DNA of 64,000 nt from Octopus vulgaris. Taxonomy: Eukaryota. The stretch is from NCBI GenBank assembly GCA_951406725.2, contig OX597822.1, positions 111,972,001-112,036,000 of the forward strand, written 5' to 3'. Positions within the stretch are counted from its first letter, which is position 1. The number at the start of each line of letters is the position of its first letter. The notes beneath the pieces were generated by a model. That model was not told the DNA's origin. It did not search any database and saw nothing but the letters and a program-made list of their open reading frames with translations. Shown here in pieces: positions 25,591-39,220 of this stretch. The translations under genes and the position numbers were made by a program.

Positions 25591-27599
25591 TGAAGTTGGG
25601 CTGAAAAGTTCATAGGCTGGCCATGAAAGAGTAATGCCTAAGCTGCAAAATCTTGCATGCATTAATTTCAAATCTACTTACTAATAACTGCATTGTTTCT
25701 TTCCAGTTAAACTGATAATCCGACTCTCCCAAGAAGACTTCAAAAGTAACTGAAAGTGACTTCTCTGAAAAAGTGGCAAAATTTGGCATCATGGTGTTAA
25801 CAAGTACCTGCAGAAAAATGGTTTAGCCTCCAAAGACATTCATGCTGCAATGGTTGCTACATTAAGGGATGACACCTCAGCTTTATCAACATCGCAAAAG
25901 TGAGCAACTGAATTTAGGAGGAGAATGGAGAGTCTTGATGACCAAAGGTCTGGACATCTTGCAATTTCCACCACCAAGGAAAACATTTATCATGTTCAGC
26001 ACATGGTAGTTGATGGCAGGTAATCTTTATATATAAAAGTGAGGTTGTGTGCTGTCTGTCTCCTATGATTTAGATTCCTAACTACTCCCACATTTTGCGG
26101 TGCAGTTTAACCAAAACCGGGTATCTTATAGTCGTGATTCATATCGAGCCGTTCTGGGTATTAACGCGCATCTACGATGAGTCTACGATTTTAAAAAAAA
26201 TTTACCATCAATTTTTCCCATTTTTAACGCATTTTTGGCATATATAAGGGAAGTAACTCTCTAAAAATTTATTAAATCTCAGAACGTAAAAAGCTACAGT
26301 AACACCACCCCCCTTGAGATGGCTATTATACTTTACATCTCTAAAAATGGCTATTATACTTTACATCTCTAAAGATGGCTATTATACTTTAGATCTCTAA
26401 AAATGCTTATATAGTTATTTCCCTTACAAACCCGAGCAACGCCGGGTGATACTGCTAGTTGACTATAAATCAAACAGCCAATAATATTAGTATATCCCAT
26501 GAGAGAGTTGAGAATATTCTGCACAATGAACTCGGCATGACAAAGGTTTCTGCTTGGTGGGTGCCATGTCTTTTGACACCTGATTAAAATTATATCAGGC
26601 TGATCACATCATGGAAAAATCTCATTGTTAGAGGCAAATCCAGCTGGCTTCCTTGAATGTTTCCTAGCCCAGGATAACTGTTGGGTTCAACACAAGCTCC
26701 AAAGAAGGCCAAAAGCATTTCATCTGCAGGGAAGGTGATGACTACAGTTTTTGGGGATGCAAAAGGTATCAGCATATTCCATGAGAGAGTTGGGACTATT
26801 CTGCACAATGAACCTGGCATGATAAACATTTCTATTCAGTGAATGCCATGTCTGCAAACACCTAATCAAAATCACAGCAGACTGATCGCATCACGGGAAA
26901 ATCTGACATTGATTGAGGCAGATCCAGCTGGTTTCCTCAAACATTTCCTAACCCAGGATGAGTGTTGGGTTCATCACTTTCAGCCAGAGACAAAGAGACA
27001 ATCCATGCACAGGAAACTCCCCACATCACCTGCTCCAAAGAAGGCCAAGGTCATTTCATCTGCAGGTAAGGTGACGGCCTCAGTTTTTTGGGGATGCAAA
27101 AGGTATTGTGTATATTGATTATTTTCAAATGGGCTACACCATCAATGGAGAGTACTATGCCAACTTGCTGAGGCAGTTACAAAGGGCTGTCAAGACTAAT
27201 CACCCAGAAAAACTGACAAAAGGGGCCTTGTTTCATCAGGACATTGTTCTAGCCACGTTGTTGGTTTCAACGGCTGCTGTGCTTGTCTGTGACTTTGAAA
27301 TGGTTGATCACCTTCCTTATTCTTCTAATTTTGCCCCATCTCACTTCCATCTGTTCTCTAACAAAAATAAAATCACTTGGCTGGGAACCAGTATTGCAGT
27401 GATAATGACGTCATGTCTGTTGTTGACGATGTCTTTGACCAAACGATGAAAACTTTTTCACCAATAGGATCCAAGCACTGCAACAGTGAAGGAAGAAGTG
27501 TGTGGACCACAAGGGGTACTATGTTGAAAAATAAACCGCATTTGGTCACATTCCAAGAGACCATCTTGGTCAGCCTATGAACTTTTCAGCTGACCCTCA
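25591..27599 (+). mobile_element. Decayed mariner transposon
   Basis: TIRs containing gctgaaaagttcataggctg, TA on both flanks; WVP, TQDECWVHHFQPETKRQS and YSSNFAPSHFHLF (YSPDLAP-like) remnants. Confidence 0.9.
26024..26458 (+). mobile_element. Non-autonomous Helitron nested in a mariner
   Basis: Same termini; internal three-copy tandem atggctattatactttacatctctaaa. Confidence 0.85.
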
Positions 27600-27796
27600 T
27601 ACATAATGTAGTCTTATATATTCTTTCAAAGGTAACATGGCCACAGTTTGAATGCCCTTGATTATAGTTCTAGTCAATCAGGGTTGACCCCTGCTAAACA
27701 ACACTGAACATAAGTGGAGAGTAAAAAGAAATTATTAACACTGGACATGTTTTAACAAGTTTTGTTTAAAAAAGTACTTAGGAAAAAAGTATTTAC

Positions 27797-27925
27797 CTGC
27801 TCAGTCAAAGACCAACCAGAAGTTTGGCAATGGCAACGTAATAGTTTGGATTTTGGATTGGTAGGATTAAACTTTTCCAACAGGTGAGCCCATAAACGCC
27901 TTCCAGCACGAAGTTTAGCAATCTC
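27797..27925 (-). CDS. MMUT: MMUT exon
   Basis: tag|[43 protein letters not shown]|gtaaa. Confidence 0.95.
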
Positions 27926-27967
27926 CTATAAACCAAAAAACATCAATTTATTAGCCACACAATTAAA

Positions 27968-28390
27968 ATAATAATAATAATAATTGTGTACAGTGCTCAG
28001 GTGCACTACAACTCATCTAAAGTGTATGTATAATCAGGTGTAGTTTCGGCGGATTTCGGAAAGCATGAGGGCCTTAAAGGATGCAGTGTCATGGCAGTCA
28101 ACAACTGACGCAGGCAGTTTATTCCATGCTTCAGCAACTCTGAGCGTGAAAAAATGTTTCCGAAAGTCATGGGAGCTGTGCTGTTTTCTGACTTTGTAGG
28201 CATGTCCACGTGTGTTAGACACATGGAGATCAAAAAGGTGTTCAGTGTTGTTGTTGGTGAGGTCGTTGATAACTTTGTGGGTATTTACCAAGTCTGTCGC
28301 CAGACGCCGGAGCTTCAGTGAATCCATGCCCAGGGAAACAAGGCGCTCAGAGTATGGTAGGTGTCTGATGGAGGGTATGCGTTTGGTTGT
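27968..28390 (-). mobile_element. CR1-clade LINE 3' fragment (family 2)
   Basis: LPYSERL..LKLRRL..TRGH..AWNKLP followed by gtgcacctgagcactgta and an (ATT)n tail. Confidence 0.88.
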
Positions 28391-29242
28391 AACATTGTAT
28401 AAGACCATGCCATAAATATGTAACTTTGTCTCAATCTCCAATCAACCAATCAGCCTTTTGTTCTTACTTCCAACATTCCTAAACTAATTTAGCAGCAGAA
28501 GTATCATACTGAATCTCAGGTGATAACTATGGAATAATATATTAAATCTCTTTATTATGATGAATTTCAGAACTTCCAAAATAAATACAAGTTCAGACTT
28601 GAAGAAAAACATTCAAAAAACTTATCCCACATGTTAGACAAGTTGTTGCTGGAATCTATCTCCTGTTTCTAATCATTACTTCATCATCATCATCGTTTAA
28701 CGTCCGTTTTCCATGCTAGCATGGGTTGGACGGTTCGACCGAGGTCTGGGAAGCCAGATGGCTGCACCGGCTCCAGTCTGATCTGGCAGGGTTTCTACAG
28801 CTGGATGCCCTTCCTAACGCCAACCACTCTGAGAGTGTAGTGGCTGCTTTTACGTGCCACTAGCACGGGGGCCAGCCAGGCGGTACTGGCAACGACCACG
28901 CTCAAATGTTTTTACACATGCCACATCTTCAGTGAGGACCACTCAAACAGCACATGTTCGGTTAATTCACCTGCCAGCATATATAAATATTTACCATAAA
29001 AATTTATTGATGATTTAGTGCACTTCTAATAAAGAATTAATATAAACAGCTATGTGCAATGTGATACCATAGAGGAAAAGTTCAATCATCACTAAGTGTG
29101 ACTAAGGACGCCACCTACATTTCTAGAAATAAGAGTTAAAATACTCTTAATGCTGTAGGAAGAGTGCAGACATACATGCTGTTAATCCTATTTAAGGTTC
29201 ATATATATTACAGAAAGGTTCACATAGGATTTTAATACTCAC

Positions 29243-29322
29243 CATATAGAAATTCATGCCAATTCCCCAGAAAAATGAGAGACGTGGGGCAAATTTATCA
29301 ATATTAAGACCTCGACTGATAC
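29243..29322 (-). CDS. MMUT: MMUT exon
   Basis: cag|[28 protein letters not shown]|gtgag. Confidence 0.95.
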
Positions 29323-29565
29323 CTGTGGTAATGAAAATAATATGAGTCCAGAATAAAGCAAATACATTACAGATCTTCAGTTTCAATTTCATACTGCAAA
29401 ATATTTGAAGAATGAGAAATGCAGGTACAGAATGTAAGAATATTAAGTATTGAACCTGGAAAAGTACAGAACAAGCAGTAATTAACCATGGAATAATTTT
29501 TGTTTTACTATTTTTTACTCTTTTGAATTAGATATATTCTACATGAATTTAATTTTATAACACAA

Positions 29566-29863
29566 CTAGCAGTATCGCCCGGCGTTGCTCGGGTTTGTAA
29601 GGGAAATAACTATATAAGCATTTTTAGAGAGTTACTTCCCTTATATAATAGCAAAAAATGCATTAAAAATGGGAAAGAATGATGGTAAATTTTTTTTTAA
29701 ATTGTAGACTCATTGTAGACGCGCGCTAATACCCAGAAGGGCTCGATATGAATCACGGCTATAAGATACCCGCTTTTGGTTAAACTGCACCGCAAAATGT
29801 GGGAGTAGTTAGGAATCTAAATCGTAGGAGACAGACACACAACTTCACTTTTATATATAAAGA
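29566..29863 (-). mobile_element. Non-autonomous Helitron (shortest copy)
   Basis: Same termini and hairpin. Confidence 0.85.
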
Positions 29864-30564
29864 TATCTGAGATTTAAAATTTTTGGATAAATGAGTCTTG
29901 CTAAGGAAAGAAAATTTTTAAAAATATACTAAAAGTAAGACAAGAGACGTTTTATCTTATTACAAGGAAACTTAGAGCAAGAAAATATTAACTTGAATTT
30001 TAAAAATTTGCAATAAAAACCTAAAAAGATATAAAAAAACAAAATAATGCACACCCTTTTTATGAATAATTTCAGAAATTTGTTTAGCAAATTCTAACTC
30101 CAGCAGCAATATTTTAAGTTTTTTTTTTCCACCTATACTTTTCCAGGCAAGGAAAGCAGACGTTAAATAATGATGATGATGATGATGAGTACAAAACGTA
30201 ACAGATCTTAGTAGGTGAATGAGATATAACATTTCATGAACGGTGGAGTGTAATTTCTAGATGTATTAAGACTTATTTGTATGAAATACAAAACAGCAAC
30301 GATGAGCAAGATAATAACCCCCAAAATTATGAATAATAAATGCACTCGTTAACAAACGAGTCAGCCTTTACAGACTTTGCTGCAGCTGTATAAAAACTGT
30401 AAATAACACAACTAAGTGAAAATTAAATGTAAGAGCAGAAGAATATGACACAATTTCTATTTTTAAACAATCTGTAAATCAGTTATTCAAACAACAAGCC
30501 AGGACTGACCCTCTACCCTTTTGTTAGAAACCAAATATATAACAGGTAATTGTTGACAGAGCAG

Positions 30565-31040
30565 CTAACCAGCTTCCATGCCAGTGGCACATAAAAGGCA
30601 CCATTTGAGTGTGATCGTTACCAGCGTCGCCTTACTGGCACTTGTGCCCGTGCTAGTAGGGTGCCAAGAGCACCATCCAAGCGTGATCGTCGCCAGAGCA
30701 GCCAACTGGCTTCCGTGCCGGTGACACGTAAAAGGGCACCATTCGAGCATGATCGTTACCAACGTCGCCTTACTGGCACCTGTGCCGGTGGCATGTGTAA
30801 AAATATTCAAGCGAGGTCATTGCCAGAACCACTTGACTGGCCCTGTGCCGGTGGCACGTAAAGAGCACCCACCACACTCTCGGAGTGGTTGGCGTTAGGA
30901 AGGGCATCCAGCTGTAGAAACTCTGCCAGATCAAGATTGGAGCCTGGTGCAACCATCTGGTTCGCCAGCCCTCAGTCAAAATCGTCCAACCCATGCTAGT
31001 ATGGAAAGCGGACGTTAAACAATGATGATAATGATGATGA
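30565..31040 (+). mobile_element. Family A copy
   Basis: Four to five modules plus core and (GAT)n tail. Confidence 0.85.
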
Positions 31041-31080
31041 TTACAGTGACATGATATGAAGATTACAAACATCAACTGAC

Positions 31081-31198
31081 CTGTTCTGATATATTCCAAC
31101 CCGTCAGCTATGGTAAATGCCAATTCAAGGACGGCATCAGCACCAGCTTCTTGGATGTGATATCCCGAAATGGAAATTGAATTAAACCGTGGCATGAA
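31081..31198 (-). CDS. MMUT: MMUT exon
   Basis: tag|[39 protein letters not shown]-g|gtcag. Confidence 0.96.
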
Positions 31199-31456
31199 CT
31201 AAGAAACAACGAAATCCAATGGTTAATTTCATTCTCTCATTTCAAATGAATAGTCTTTTTAGAAACAGAGAGAAAAAAAAAAAAGCAACAGTTATTTTTT
31301 TGTTTTAAGTGTTTTTAGAAAAAGATCGTTAATACAATCTTAAGCTAATCATCAAATATGCATCAATGCATGCATAGATACATACTATTTAGTGACGTAG
31401 ACATTTTACAATATATGTACGAGAGTGTGTATATATGTGTAAATACACACACACAC

Positions 31457-32035
31457 ATCATCGTCATCATCATCGTTTAACGTCCGTTTTCCATGCTAGC
31501 ATGGGTTGGACGGTTCGACCGGGTTCTGGGAAGCCAGGAGGCTGCACCAGGCTCCAGTCTGATCTGGCAGTGTTTCTACAGATGGATGCCCTTCCTAACG
31601 CCAACCACTCTGTTAGTGTAGTGGGTGCTTTTTACATGCCACCGGCACAGGTATCACAACTACAATTTCCATTTGATATTTATTTTGATGTTGATGTACT
31701 TGACTCAATAGGTCTCCTCAAGCACAGCAGGTCGTTCTACAATCAAGGCGGCGCTGGCATCGGCCACATTTGGATGGTGCTTTTTACGTGCTACCGGCCC
31801 AGGTATCACAACTTCAATTTCCATTTGATATTTATTTTGATGTTGATGTACTTGACTCAATAGGTTTCCCTCAAGCACAGCAGGTCACCTTACGATCCAA
31901 GGTAAGCTCAGCAAGTCATTCTACAATCCAAGGTACTTCGGATGGGCTGGGGCTATGCGAAACTGGTGCAGGAAACAGCCATGAACTCACGTTATTTGTT
32001 AGGTCTTTGCAGTCACAGCATATCTCCAGAGATAT
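31457..32035 (-). mobile_element. Family A copy
   Basis: Core plus modules and the LINE ORF-end remnant. Confidence 0.8.
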
Positions 32036-33118
32036 CTTAGTAAATATGTTCTTTCTTACATGTGTGCGGACTCACTTGATGTGGGGTGGGATTAAGATGT
32101 GAATAACAAATCTTTTTGTTACTGTTGCTTAAATCCCAGTAACTGACCACTGCATCATCATCATCATTCCATAAAATGTGCTTATTGGGAGAAAATATAG
32201 AAACACATCAATACATGTCAGAGTGACAAAGGAACAAGGAAAGTACCAGGTGGTCGTGGGATGCGCTAGAAGCACCAGCTAAAAATTATTTTGGAATTAT
32301 AAACAGAAAGAGATTGCACATTTGGAGTGTCCATATTTTAAAATTCTGATTTTTAAAAAGTTTTGAAAAACCTGAAATTGTAGTATTTACTTTTAATGAA
32401 AAACCTATTTAAAATTTTACTATTGTTTTCAAAATATGTTTCATTTTCTGTTTGGAGTGGGGACTGTAATGGTGTTCACCAATTCTCAGGTATTTTTTAA
32501 TTTTTTAAACCTTCGTTTTTAAATATGTAGTGCAAAACACACTGACTGCAACCAGAACTAAGTGGGAGAGGGAAATTGAAAAAAATTCATAAATTTTCAA
32601 ATATTTTTTTTTTTTTTATTTCACAAAAAAGATGTCTCCCATAGTGCAAAAAACAATTGGACAGAATCAGTCTGGAAGGGAGGATCCATAAATTTTCAAA
32701 AATTCTTTTTCATAAAATCTACCAGCCACCATTTGCAAGGATGTAATGAAAAATAAATTTGAAAAATCCCCATCAAAGTGGAAAAAATCCAACTTGGGTG
32801 GGCATGTAAAATCCCTGCCAAAACAGACACAGTAGCCTAAGGTAGGTTTTCTACCTGGCCGACTCCTGTCATCCGTCCTAGCCATGCATGCATGCATGCA
32901 TGGAAGATGGACATTAAACAATGATGACGATGACGGGCATCCACTCACAGGCATGCACACAGCTGTGTGTCGTAGGATCAGACATACGAAAGATTTGAAG
33001 TGATGGGATAACTGCAGTTCTTCTAAGATACAAAATTATAAAAGTCATACAGAAATTCTGAAATGAAATATTTTAACAGATGCTAATAAAAATGTATTGA
33101 TGAAATTCTAAGACCTAC

Positions 33119-33253
33119 CTTCGATGTATATTCAAAAATATCACCAATTATTTTCATTGAGGGTTCTGGAGGGAAAATGTAAGTATTTCGCACCATAAAC
33201 TCTTTCAAAATATCATTTTGTATTGTTCCGGCCAGATTAGTTTGTTTTCCACC
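33119..33253 (-). CDS. MMUT: MMUT exon
   Basis: cag|[45 protein letters not shown]|gtagg. Confidence 0.96.
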
Positions 33254-34709
33254 CTGAAAGAAAAGAAAATTAAACATTCAAATGAATGTTCTTTGCATCG
33301 CTTCTTTCTTCTGTTTGAAAAGGGAATTTTTCCCCGAAATATAAGATTGTTAAACAAACCATATCAGATAATACAATATCCTTTCTCATCATTTATTGAT
33401 ATCACCTTACATATTTTACCTAACCTGCACTGCTCAAAGATTTTTTTTTTCAGACATTTATCTTAAATATTCAATCTTCAGTATAAAATATAATTTGTAT
33501 TATTCTAAATAGACAAAAGCTTGAATAAATCTTATCTTACATACTCCTGTACCTTATTGTAAATTTATTTCTCATATTGGAAACATAAGAGGTGTAGTGG
33601 TATGGCAGGAAAGTTAACAAAGAATATAGTGTTTGTGTGTGGGATGTGCAGGTACAATAAGCACTAAAAATGCACAGACAATACATATACGCAGCGCTAT
33701 GCATGTGGCAAGTTTTCTACGGCCAGATGCTCTTCCTGACGCCAACCCCCACCTGTTGCCAAGCGAGGTAGTCAATAGACTCATTCAAATGCTTGGGGGG
33801 AGGGGTGTCTTAGAAGTAGTAGCTTCTGTTACCTAGGAGACCAAGTTAGCAGTGGTGGAAGAAGTTCTGAAAATGTAGTAACTAGAATAAAGAAAAGGCT
33901 GGGTAAAGTGCAGAAAGCTTCTAACTTTGTTGGTGACTAAGGGCTCTCCCTCCGAGTGAAAAGCAGATTGTATGATGCCTGTGTATGTGCAGCAATGCTA
34001 TACAGCAGTGAGACATGAGCTAAGACTACAGAGGACCTGTGAAGGCTTGAAAGAAATGAAGCTGGTATGTTCTGCTGGATGGGTAATGTCAACGTGCATG
34101 CACAACAGCGTGTAAATGATTTAAGCAGGAAACTGGGCATAAGAGGCATTTGATGTGTGCAAGAGAGAAAACTGCACTGATTTGATCAGATGATGCGTAT
34201 GGATGAGGACAGCTGTGTAAAGAAGTGCCGAGCTTTAATTGTATAGGGAACCTGTGGAGGGAACCTGTGGAAGGGGAAGGCCCAGGAAGATGTGAAACGA
34301 AGTGATGAGAAACAATCTTACCAAGATGCATTTTTTGTTCTTGTAGTGCTTCATAACAGTTTTGTAATGATATTATCTTTCTGAAAATTGTACATTTACC
34401 ATTCACTGCATTTTGACAGGTTTATTTTGTTTTTTTTTAATTAGATTAACCCTTTCGTTACTGTATTTATTTTGAGATGCTCTGTGTTTCTTTCAATTAT
34501 TTTAAATATAACAAGTAATTTAGTAAAATAACTTAGTTATCATTAAGCTAGTATTAGGAATATAAATTACTACTAAGGTTTGGTGGTACATTTTGATGCA
34601 AAACTTATGAAAACAAGACATTTGTACTACAGAGCCAGAGGCAGTTTCAGGTGGGTTGGTATCGAAAGGGTTAAGGAAACTGTTTACCTCTTGAACAGAC
34701 AGAATTTAC

Positions 34710-34893
34710 CTGCTCTTCAGCCGCAACAACATACATAGCCATAACAGGCAGCACAGCACCATTCATTGTCATTGATGTACTGATTTTTTCCAAGGGAATG
34801 CCATCAAAGAGAAGTTTGGTATCTTCCACGGAATCAATAGCGACACCAGCCATTCCAACATCTCCAGTCACACGAGGATTATCGGAATCATAA
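34710..34893 (-). CDS. MMUT: MMUT exon
   Basis: cag|[62 protein letters not shown]|gtaaa. Confidence 0.96.
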
Positions 34894-35121
34894 CTGTAAA
34901 GGATAAACAATAAATGCCATTACAATCCAGTGATTACTTAGAGTCAATTTTCTTTATAAAGTTTCAGTCTTAAAAGTTCTCTTCACATTTGAAGATGATT
35001 CAGTACAATCTTTCAAGTTCCTGTTTTATAAACTACCAAATCTTTCTTGCCATTGTTTGAATAAGATGAAACAGCTTATTTTGAAACATTAAGTTTCAAA
35101 CAGAATTTCAACAGTCACACA

Positions 35122-36021
35122 GGTGCCAGCCTCCTCTCTGGCACCTGTGCCAGTGGCACGTAAAAAAACATCTACTACATTCTCGGAGTGGTTGGCATTA
35201 GGAAGGGCATCCAGCTGTAGAAACACTGCCAAATCAGACCAGAGCCTGGTGCAGCCTCTTGGCTTCCCAGATCCCCGGTCAAACCATCCAACCTGTGCTA
35301 GCATGGAAAACGGACGTTAAATGATGATATATCATCATCATCATCGTTTAACGTCCGTTCTCCATGCTAGCATGGGTTGGACGGTTCGACCGGGGATCTG
35401 GGAAGCCAGAGGCTGCACCAGGCTCCGGTCTTATCTGGCAATGTTTCTACAGCTGGATGCCCTTCCTAACACCAACCACTCCGCGAGTGTAGTGGGTGCT
35501 TTTTATGTGCCACCTGCACAGGTGCCAGGGGGTCTGGCATCGGCCACGATCGGTTGGTGCTTTTAACGTCCCACCGGCACGGAAGCCAGCCAAGGCAGCG
35601 CTGGCATCGGCCACGTTCGGATGGTGCTTTTTATGTGCCACACATATATATATATATATATATATAAAAAATCAAATCAAATCAAATCAAATCAAAATAG
35701 ATGAACATCAATGGAATTTGTATCTTGTGGTACCAGTGCCGGTGGCACACAAGAAAACCATCCGAACGTGGCCGTAGCCAGTACCGCATCGACTGGCCTC
35801 CGTGCTGTGGGCACGCAACAAACACCATCCGATCGTGGCCGTTCGCCAGCCTCATCTGGCACCTGTGTCGGTGGCACATAAAAACACCATCCGAAGACCC
35901 GGCAAGACTAGTCAGGCCATAACCCGTGGCCCCTCCTTCGGGCTCCCCAGACCCCAGTTGAACCGTCCAACCCATGCTAGCATGGAAAACGGACGCTAAA
36001 TGATGATGATGATGATGATGA
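35122..36021. mobile_element. Three adjacent family A copies in +/-/+ orientation
   Basis: 35122-35328 (+), 35331-35641 (-), 35670-36021 (+). Confidence 0.85.
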
Positions 36022-36832
36022 TATATATCACAATCATCATCATATAACATCCGTTTCCCATGCATGGGTTAATCAGTTTGACAGGAACTGTTACAGTCAG
36101 GATCCACACCAGCTTCTATAACCTGTTTTGACATGGTTTCTACAGCTGGATGCCCTTCCAACCACTTTACAGAATGTACTAGGGGCTTTATATGCAGCAT
36201 CAACACCAGTGCTTTTTACATGGTACCAGCACAGACTGGGTCAGCAAATATCTTGCAAGACAAGAAACCCTCAACTAGGAAAGAAGGGAGTGGTACTGAG
36301 GGAGTGTGACTTTGTGCCAGTTGAGATGTTTTAAGTATAGAGGGGACAGATATAAGTGTTTCGCTGTAGAGAGAAAAGGAGAGTGAGCTGGAGAGTAAGA
36401 TAACGAGAGTGATAGGGAGAGATGATGGTGGAAATGTGTTGGGACATGCCCCTTGAAGGACATTAGGAGTAGTGATAATAGGTAAAGGTGATATAAAGGG
36501 TTGGGCTGAGCAAGTGGACAGGATGAGGTGAATGTAGCAAATGATGGAGAGAAAATTAGAAGATCAGGGGTGGGGGTTGCAATAGAAATGTAAAGGTATT
36601 GTGGGCGGAGGGCATTGAGGGTGATAGCAAGCAAAGCGCTGAGGATGGACAGCAGCAGAGGAGAAAAAGATTGCAAAGTCTGCTTCCAACTGCATGGCTC
36701 TGGGTTCAGACACCTTGGGCAAGTGTCTTCTACTATAGGCTCTGACCAACCAAAGTACTGTGAGTGGATTTGGTAGATAGAAACTGAAAGAAGCCCATCA
36801 TATATATATATATATATATTATGGATACTAAC

Positions 36833-36939
36833 CCTCTGTGTGTTGGTAGATCAAATGCAACACTTAATCCTTGTTGTCCCGCTGCAATGTTTGATCGATA
36901 AAACTTGTTACTTTCTTCAACTGTACTAAAACCAGCGTA
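36833..36939 (-). CDS. MMUT: MMUT exon (not in the ORF track)
   Basis: cag|[35 protein letters not shown]-gg|gttag; supplies the tyrosine of the RQYAG motif. Confidence 0.95.
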
Positions 36940-37080
36940 CTGTTAAAAGATAAAGAATAAAACTCTCTAATTAGTCATTAAGAAACAATTCAAACAAGTT
37001 TTTAAAAATAATTTTATCATCAACAATAACATATATTTAATTTTTATTTTTATCATTTCATGCAAACATTGGTTTGATAC

Positions 37081-37547
37081 TGTAGTGACGCTATTTTTGG
37101 AAGTTTTCAGCATGCATTCGCAGAGTTGGATTGCTTCCGGTAGGCCGCCGGAAATTCCCTCATGGGCATGCGCAGAGAACTGCAAACTGAAAGCGTTCCC
37201 ACTAAATCTGTCTTTTTGAATCAGCAACCCTACCGAGTGGACATGACCAACCTTCTCTCAGGGAAAACCATACATATAGAGAAGCTCTCCTCTAAGTGGG
37301 AACGGAGACGGTAATTTTGGCTCACACAAGTGAACATTTGTGAACAGTCTTGTGGACTTGGCTACCGGTTCGCCCTTAAGGAAAATATATGTGTATAAAT
37401 ATTTTTTATTTGCGAAACCCTGAAAAATAAAGTATTATTTATTGCTATTGAAAACAGTCGGAGTTTTGATTCTCCCTTCGACAATTTGTATGTGACAAGA
37501 TAAGACAGACACCCCACAAGTGTTCCTGAGACCTTCATCTTGTTACA
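37081..37547 (+). mobile_element. Solo LTR (probably Ty3/Gypsy)
   Basis: TGTAGTGA...TGTTACA termini, internal AATAAA, 4-bp flanks atac / atat. Confidence 0.7.
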
Positions 37548-37578
37548 ATATCAATACATTAAATAAAAGACACTTTAC

Positions 37579-37710
37579 CTGACGAATGGTCCAAGGTCTA
37601 TAGGTATACATAGTTGTGTAAGGTCCACGGGTATAAGGATATTTGCCAGGAATTTCATCTTTGAAACCTTCAGTATCTTCTTTCGTGTACACAGGTTTGA
37701 TATTTATACC
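37579..37710 (-). CDS. MMUT: MMUT exon
   Basis: cag|[44 protein letters not shown]|gtaaa. Confidence 0.95.
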
Positions 37711-39073
37711 CTGAATAGCAAAAATGAAACAGTACACAAAAGTTAAGAGTGATCCTAATTTTTTTTTTGATTATCAATAACTTACACAAAAATATAAGTA
37801 CAACTTTTGATCTGAAAACATAAAATATAAACAGCAAATTATTGTAACTAACAAATTACTAAATATTCATAATACAAAATAATAAAAATATAAATTCAAA
37901 GTTAAAATCTAGGGTTGACCTAATTTACTATTTTGCTTGTACGAACCACTAAAAATCTTATATACACCCCCAGGGGTCATGCAGACCTTGGTTGAAAACA
38001 GCTGATACAGATGGATATTTGCTAATTAGAGATCTGATTTAAATAAATGTCCTGTATCAATCTTCTTTCAAGGAATAAATTCTAATATCACTTGGTCTGC
38101 ACTGAAAGAATTACAAATAAAAACCATTATTATTACTTTTAATCCTACACTCTCGGAGTGGTTGGCATTAGGAAGGGCATCCAGCTGTAGAAACTCTGCC
38201 AGATCAGACTGGAGTCGGGTTCGCCGGACCTCAGTCAAATCGTCCAACCCATGCTAGCATGGAAAGCGGACGTTAAATGATGATTAAACAATGGCAGTTG
38301 TTAATTTTAATTAAATTTTCATGTAAATATAATAGAGCATGATTACTAAGAAAGAAATTTTATTTCAGTGTAACTCTTTAACCCTTTTGTTACTAACCCA
38401 GCCAAAACCGGCTCTGGTTATGTGGTAAAATGTCTTGTTTTCATAAGTTTTGAATTAAAATCTTCCACCAAGCCTTAATCACAATTTACATTCCTAACAC
38501 TAGCTTAATGATAACTAAGTTACTTTACTAAATTCTTTGTTATAGTTAAAGTAATTGAAAGAAACACAGAGCATCTCAAAATAAATACGGTAGCGAAAGG
38601 GTTAATAATGAAATTTAAACTTTCTGACTGACAAGATTGCTTCCCAACTCTATGGTCTTCAATTTAGTCCAACTACATAACATCTTGGGCAAGTGTGTCC
38701 TACTAAAGGCCTCACACTAACTGAAGCCTTATGAGTTGTAGACAGAAGCTTAAAAAAAGCACATCATAAATGTGTGTGTGTGTTTATACCCTTGTCTTGA
38801 TATTAAGAGATGCTTGGAAATGAACATCACCATCCATCAAGCGATGGTGTTCATTTCTAGTCTTCCATATAAGGTATGTCTGACCATGGGGAAACTATTA
38901 CCTTGTCTGGAAACAAGTGAGGGCTGGCAACAGAAAGGTCATCCGGCCTTGGAAAATCCACTGCAATTCCATCTGATCCATTCAAACATGGAAAGGTGAA
39001 CATTACATGATGATGATGATGATGATGAAATTGAAAATAAATACAAGAGAAAAAAAAAACTAATAAAAGTTAC

Positions 39074-39220
39074 CTCAGGAGTTCTCCATGTAAGAGTTTC
39101 TTCAGGGTTTTTTCCTTTTAGTTCCTTTACAGCACCAGCTTTCCATTCAGGGTCAAGTGGCACACTGTGACGCCACCGATTAGACACGCAGCCAGAAGAG
39201 GCATACAACAGAGCTGGTAA
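39074..39220 (-). CDS. MMUT: MMUT exon (end of transit peptide, start of mature protein)
   Basis: tag|LPALLYASSGCVSNRWRHSVPLDPEWKAGAVKELKGKNPEETLTWRTPE|gtaac; no in-frame ATG, so an upstream coding exon is required. Confidence 0.9.

Noticed and set aside
30770-31080. Long C-terminal continuation of ORF 30770-31195 (and similar read-throughs of other exon ORFs)
   Set aside because: Similarity to the mutase ends at the GT donor; the remainder is intron and repeat sequence
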